A stretch of 64,000 nucleotides of DNA from Podospora anserina (lineage: Eukaryota). Each line of letters opens with the position of its first letter. Positions within the stretch are counted from its first letter, which is position 1. The DNA lies in NCBI GenBank assembly GCA_017654855.1, contig CM030338.1, forward strand, positions 1,178,001-1,242,000, given 5' to 3'. Below the pieces are notes generated by a model. It was given only the letters and a program-made list of their open reading frames with translations, ran no database searches and was not told the DNA's origin. Positions 59,623 to 64,000 of the stretch are shown one piece after another. Both the position numbers and the translations under genes were made by a program.

Positions 59623-62600
59623 ATGTCTTCCCTCCTGGAGCAGCTAAAGGCTGTTCAGGCCAACTCCCGCGTCATCCTTGACGGAAAGCTCGCCAAAGCC
59701 GCGCATTCAAAGTCCTTGATTTTCGAGCCCCAGGCCGCCGCTGGCCAGACCTATGCCGACATCTACAGAGTAGCCCGCGAAGGCTTCGACGAGCTATGTA
59801 CGATCGACAGTCGATTCAGACCCTTCGCGGCCCATCTTTTCAGCGAGGAAAGTCAGCAGGCCGACCGGACCCAGATGACGGCCGACGAAAACGCTACGCT
59901 TGACAGGCGTGTGGAATCATTTCTTCAGCTTGCGGCCGCCCGTCTACAGCTCATGCCCGCTATCAAAGCCATCGAGTGGCTGATTCGAAGATTTAGGTGG
60001 GTTTTCTCTTCTCTGCCTCCATGTTATGTATGATCGGGAGCTGACAGTTGAGCCTAGGATCCACGAGTTCAACACCCGGACGCTCATCACCTGTTTCCTT
60101 CCATTCCACACCATCCCAGTCTTTGTTACATTGCTCTCGATTCTCCCTAGCAACCTCCCCCACGAGTACCGGTTCTTGGACCCCTATATCCGGTCCTTGA
60201 CGAACCCACCGATCGAGGTCATCGTTACGCAAGCGACAAACCACCGCGAATTGTTGACCGCGATATCAGAGTATACCCTCGATTTGGGCGACAAAAAGCA
60301 CGACTATCATGCCGCAACAATGTTATGGTTCAGCGTCATGACGCAGTCTGTAAACGCCAGGATCGACAAGGGGCGGTCTGGAAACAAGGCTATCCAGCTT
60401 GAGAACACCCAGAAGCTTCTTCAGCAGGTTACTCCAGCGTTGAGCAGAGGCATGATGATGAGACAAAGTCCGGAACTCCAAATGGCGAGTTACATGCCCG
60501 TTCTTGTCTTGGCCAGAAAGGGCCGTCTCAACGATGCTGCCCTCGTCGCTTTCATGGACCAACTTGTGGCTGGGTGGCAAAGCAAGACTGTTGATCAGGG
60601 TCTTCTCACATTGGCTTGCCTTGCCTACGCCCGCGCTGCAAAGCCCGTGACTTCGCGCGTTGCCAAGGCCCTTCTCAAAATCGACGATCTTGTGGGCAAG
60701 TTCAAGATGGTCAACCAGACGCAATGTGTGCGCAAGTTGGCCAATGGGACTGCGTTGGCTTTCGTGGATAGATTGTCGAAGAAGGGCAACTTCCGGGCTC
60801 TTCAAGGAGTCAAGGCCATCATTTTGGGCGGCTTCCTTGACCAGATGCAAGTGAAGGTCGTCTACAAGTCATTGCTTCTGGCAGCCCACAAGCTCAACGA
60901 TGAGCTTGACCCACAGGGTACTATTCGCAAGGAGCTGGCTTCCACTCTCGTGAGCCTTGCGCAGCTCAAGGATAAGAATGGCGATGCTATCCGAGCGGCC
61001 ATAGAGGAGGTCGACTTCAACATTGAGGAGCTTGAGCTCAAGCTTAGGGCAGCTATCCGCCCGAAGTTGACCATCGCTGAGGGATCAGATGATATGATGG
61101 AGGGCGTGGAGGCCATGGCAATTGAAGAAAGACCGAGTCTGGATGCCACGCTTCAGCAAGTTGAAAAGCTTCAGCCGTCCAAGACCTCTTGCTTGTCTCA
61201 GGAATCCGGTGTGTTTAACGACCTCTGCGCGGTATTCTTGTCTGCTGCGATCGAGCAAGTCGACCTTGAAAGATTTGATGCTGCCCCTGTTCTCAGCCGT
61301 GATCAGGCTCTCAACGATGCTTTTTACTTCAGCTTCTACATGCGGGTTTGGTGTGGCCCGCACCCAGCATTGGCCAAGGTGGTCGCTTTGGAAAGGGTCA
61401 AAAACCGCATCAAGGAGAGCGAATCCACCAAAACTGATCTGCAGGTCATTGCTCTTTACGCCGCTGTTGCCTTGGCTGATCCCTCGAAGAAGGTTCGTCG
61501 TGCTGCGGCAGATCTGATCGCTGTTCTCAAAGCCACTTTCAAGGCTTCCGAGGATGTTTGGGGCGCGAAGGACCTCTATGGTGCGAGCGGCGTCTCTATG
61601 GACTCTGCCGCTTTCAAGTGTTTACTTGATTCCGTTCTTGTTCCATCTCTGGAAGAAGCCGTCACCCATGAGGACCAGATTGGCATCATCATCTCTAGCG
61701 CTTTGGAGAACTCTAAACTGGGAGACAAGAAGACGAGACTGGCGATTTTCAAGTTTTTCTGTGCACACATCACAGAAACACCATTGCTCACCGCCAAGCT
61801 CCGTTTGCTGGAGGGCATCAACAAGATCAAGAGCATCTCCGGCACATATAGAACCGAGCTATTGCTTGCTATGCTTCGTTCATGGGCTTCCCTCACCAGC
61901 ACCGAGGCCGCCGAGCGTGCTGCTTTGGAGTCATTGGACGAGAAGGCACTGGATCTGGCAGCCGTTGGAACTGTTGTTCCAAGCCAGCACGACGGCCTGG
62001 ATTTGCTTTTCCAGCTTATCAAGGATCCTCAGACAAGACCAACTCTTGTCGTTGCCATCTTCGAGCGCACCACGAAGATGTGGCCGACCATGAAGTCACA
62101 GGCCAAGTTGTTGACTGCCAACGTCATGCTTGAACTTTCTCAGAGCTCTGGCCAGGATACTGCTGCGGTAGAGGCCGCTGGTTTCTTGAGAAATGTTGAC
62201 TTGACCACGGATATTCTCCTGGCCTTTGTTGACTCTCTCCAGTACGAGGACACGAGGATGGCGACCGAGGTTCCCGCCAACAAGCGAAGACGTACCAGCA
62301 CAGCAGCCCAGCCTGTGAGCTCCAACACGATCAGCCTAGAGGTTCAGAAGACTGTCAAGAAGATGAACTTTGTGCTTGAACTCGTCCAGGGTTCCAAGCC
62401 TGAGAACCACCCTGAGCTGCTCCCCAGTCTGTTCACGACTCTGTCGGACATCCATCATCTTCGCAAGCTGGTGGGCTCCGAGCTTGGATACATGCAAACT
62501 CTTGTTCTCAGCAGCATCGGCGCCATGATTCCCGCGTATGACAACAACAAGGACCTAACAATCGATGCTTCTGTTGGCTATGGTGATATCCTGGCTGCCT

Positions 62601-64000
62601 GCGTGCAAAATTCTTCGAGCGCCCAGGTCACAAACGAGGCTCTCTTGGTTGTCGCCAGCCTGGCCCGCACAGCTCCCGATGTTGTGTTGCAGAGCGTTAT
62701 GCCGATCTTCACATTCATGGGTAGCTCGGTGCTCAGACAGGCTGACAACTACTCCCAGTCTGTTGTCAAGAAGACTGTTCAGCAGGTTATTCCTCCGCTG
62801 ATTGCCACTTTCCGCAACAAGGGGCGGAACTTGGTTGCCAGCACCAAGGACCTTTTGGCCAGCTTTGTAACGGCCTACGAACATATCCCTCCCACTCGCA
62901 AGCGAGAAATTTTCATTTCGCTCGTTGAGAACCTTGGCCCGGATGACTTTTTGTTTGCTGTCCTTGCCATGTTCGTTGACAGGTACGGAGCTACGGATGA
63001 GATGTTCTCCTTCACGTCGTACATTATGAGCTGCTTCTCCGTCGAGATTCAGCTTCACTCTTTGATCAAGTTCTTGGATCTGGTCAGTGACATCTTCAAG
63101 CCCAAGCCCGCGCTCTCCAACAGCCTGATTGGCAACGACTCCGACGCGGACAAGACCGCGTTGAAGCAGCTTACCCTCCTCCCCCACCTTCTTTCCAACA
63201 GCCGCCTCAAGCAGGAAATCACGGCCTTGGCCGAAAGAGACGACATGGAATCCGTCAAGATTCGGGACTCGTATGCCAAACTCCTGGAGGGTATTCTCTC
63301 CATGGCCAGCAATCTCAAGGCCAAGAAGGCCCTCTACAGCCGCTGCGGTGATGCCTTGGCCAAGCTGCTTAGCCTGCTGTCCATTGCCGAGTTCATCAAG
63401 AGCGTGGATTCGTTGTTGGAGAGACCGGATATCGGCCTGCGCCGCAAGGTGTTGCAGGCCCTGGAGCTTCGCGTCGACAAGGAAAGTACGGGCGATCCCA
63501 AGTCCCGCGAGGCCCTGCTGGCTTTCTTGCCCCAGTTGACCGCTGTCATCCGGGAGTCGGACGACATGAACTACAAGCACACTGCTGTGACGTGTGTCGA
63601 CAAAATTTCCGAGAAGTACGGCAAAAAGGACCTGGATGCTGTGGCTGCGGCTGCTCAGACCATAGCAGGGGACCATTGCCTTGGCCAGTCGTCTCAGGCT
63701 CTTCGGCTTATGGCGCTGTTGTGCTTGGCGTCGCTCGTCGATGTTCTTCAAGATGGCATTGTGCCTGTCCTTCCGGTTGCTATTCCCAAGACGCTAGGAT
63801 ACTTGGAGGAGAGCTTGTCGGGTGACAAGCCCAACAATGAGCTGCACAACGCTTCGTATGCCTTCGTGGCTGCGTTGGCTCAGCACATCCCCTACATGAT
63901 CTCGGGTGCTTCCCTGGATAGGCTCCTGGCTTGCTCCAACGCCTCAGCCGTTGCCGATCTTGACGCCGAGTCTGCTCGTAACCGCTCTCACTGCCTGCAG
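59623..64000 (+). CDS. UTP10: U3 snoRNA-associated protein 10 (HEAT repeat), 3'-truncated by window edge; intron 59997-60057
   Basis: MSSLLEQL...AHSKSLIFEP, DRTQMT, KAIEWLIRRFR-IHEFN...FLPFH N-terminal domain; later VMPIFTFMGSSVLRQADNYS and YEHIPPTRKREIF motifs. Confidence 0.92.

Noticed and set aside
62555..63751. 398-aa minus-strand ORF
   Set aside because: Antisense shadow of UTP10

Overview
Eukaryotic genomic DNA from a filamentous ascomycete. Short GT-AG introns with CTRAC branch points and the gene set point to Sordariomycetes, probably Sordariales such as Podospora (inference, not a database result). About 17 protein-coding loci are supported: a partial unknown ORF, an alternative NADH dehydrogenase, BUD4-like anillin, an Ecl1-family protein, DRS2 flippase, a CRIPT-like protein, an epoxide hydrolase, a pinin-like protein, RDS3/PHF5A, PEX26, a Zn2Cys6 transcription factor, STE12, a FAF1-like protein, HIS6, NOC3, partial UTP10 and one possible orphan ORF. 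Long microsatellite-rich intergenic regions flank the Ecl1-like and STE12 regulators. No tRNA, rRNA, CRISPR array or intact transposon was recognised. The most notable signals are post-transcriptional. The Ecl1-like gene has a ~950-nt AUG-free upstream region containing a 283-codon open frame in register with the CDS, plus a candidate recursive AG|GT splice site in intron 1. STE12 has a skippable 84-nt zinc-finger exon and a uORF, BUD4 has a stop-free in-frame intron, and an intergenic element near 10.9 kb resembles a C/D-box RNA. Gene identities come from recognised motifs and family knowledge; no searches were run.
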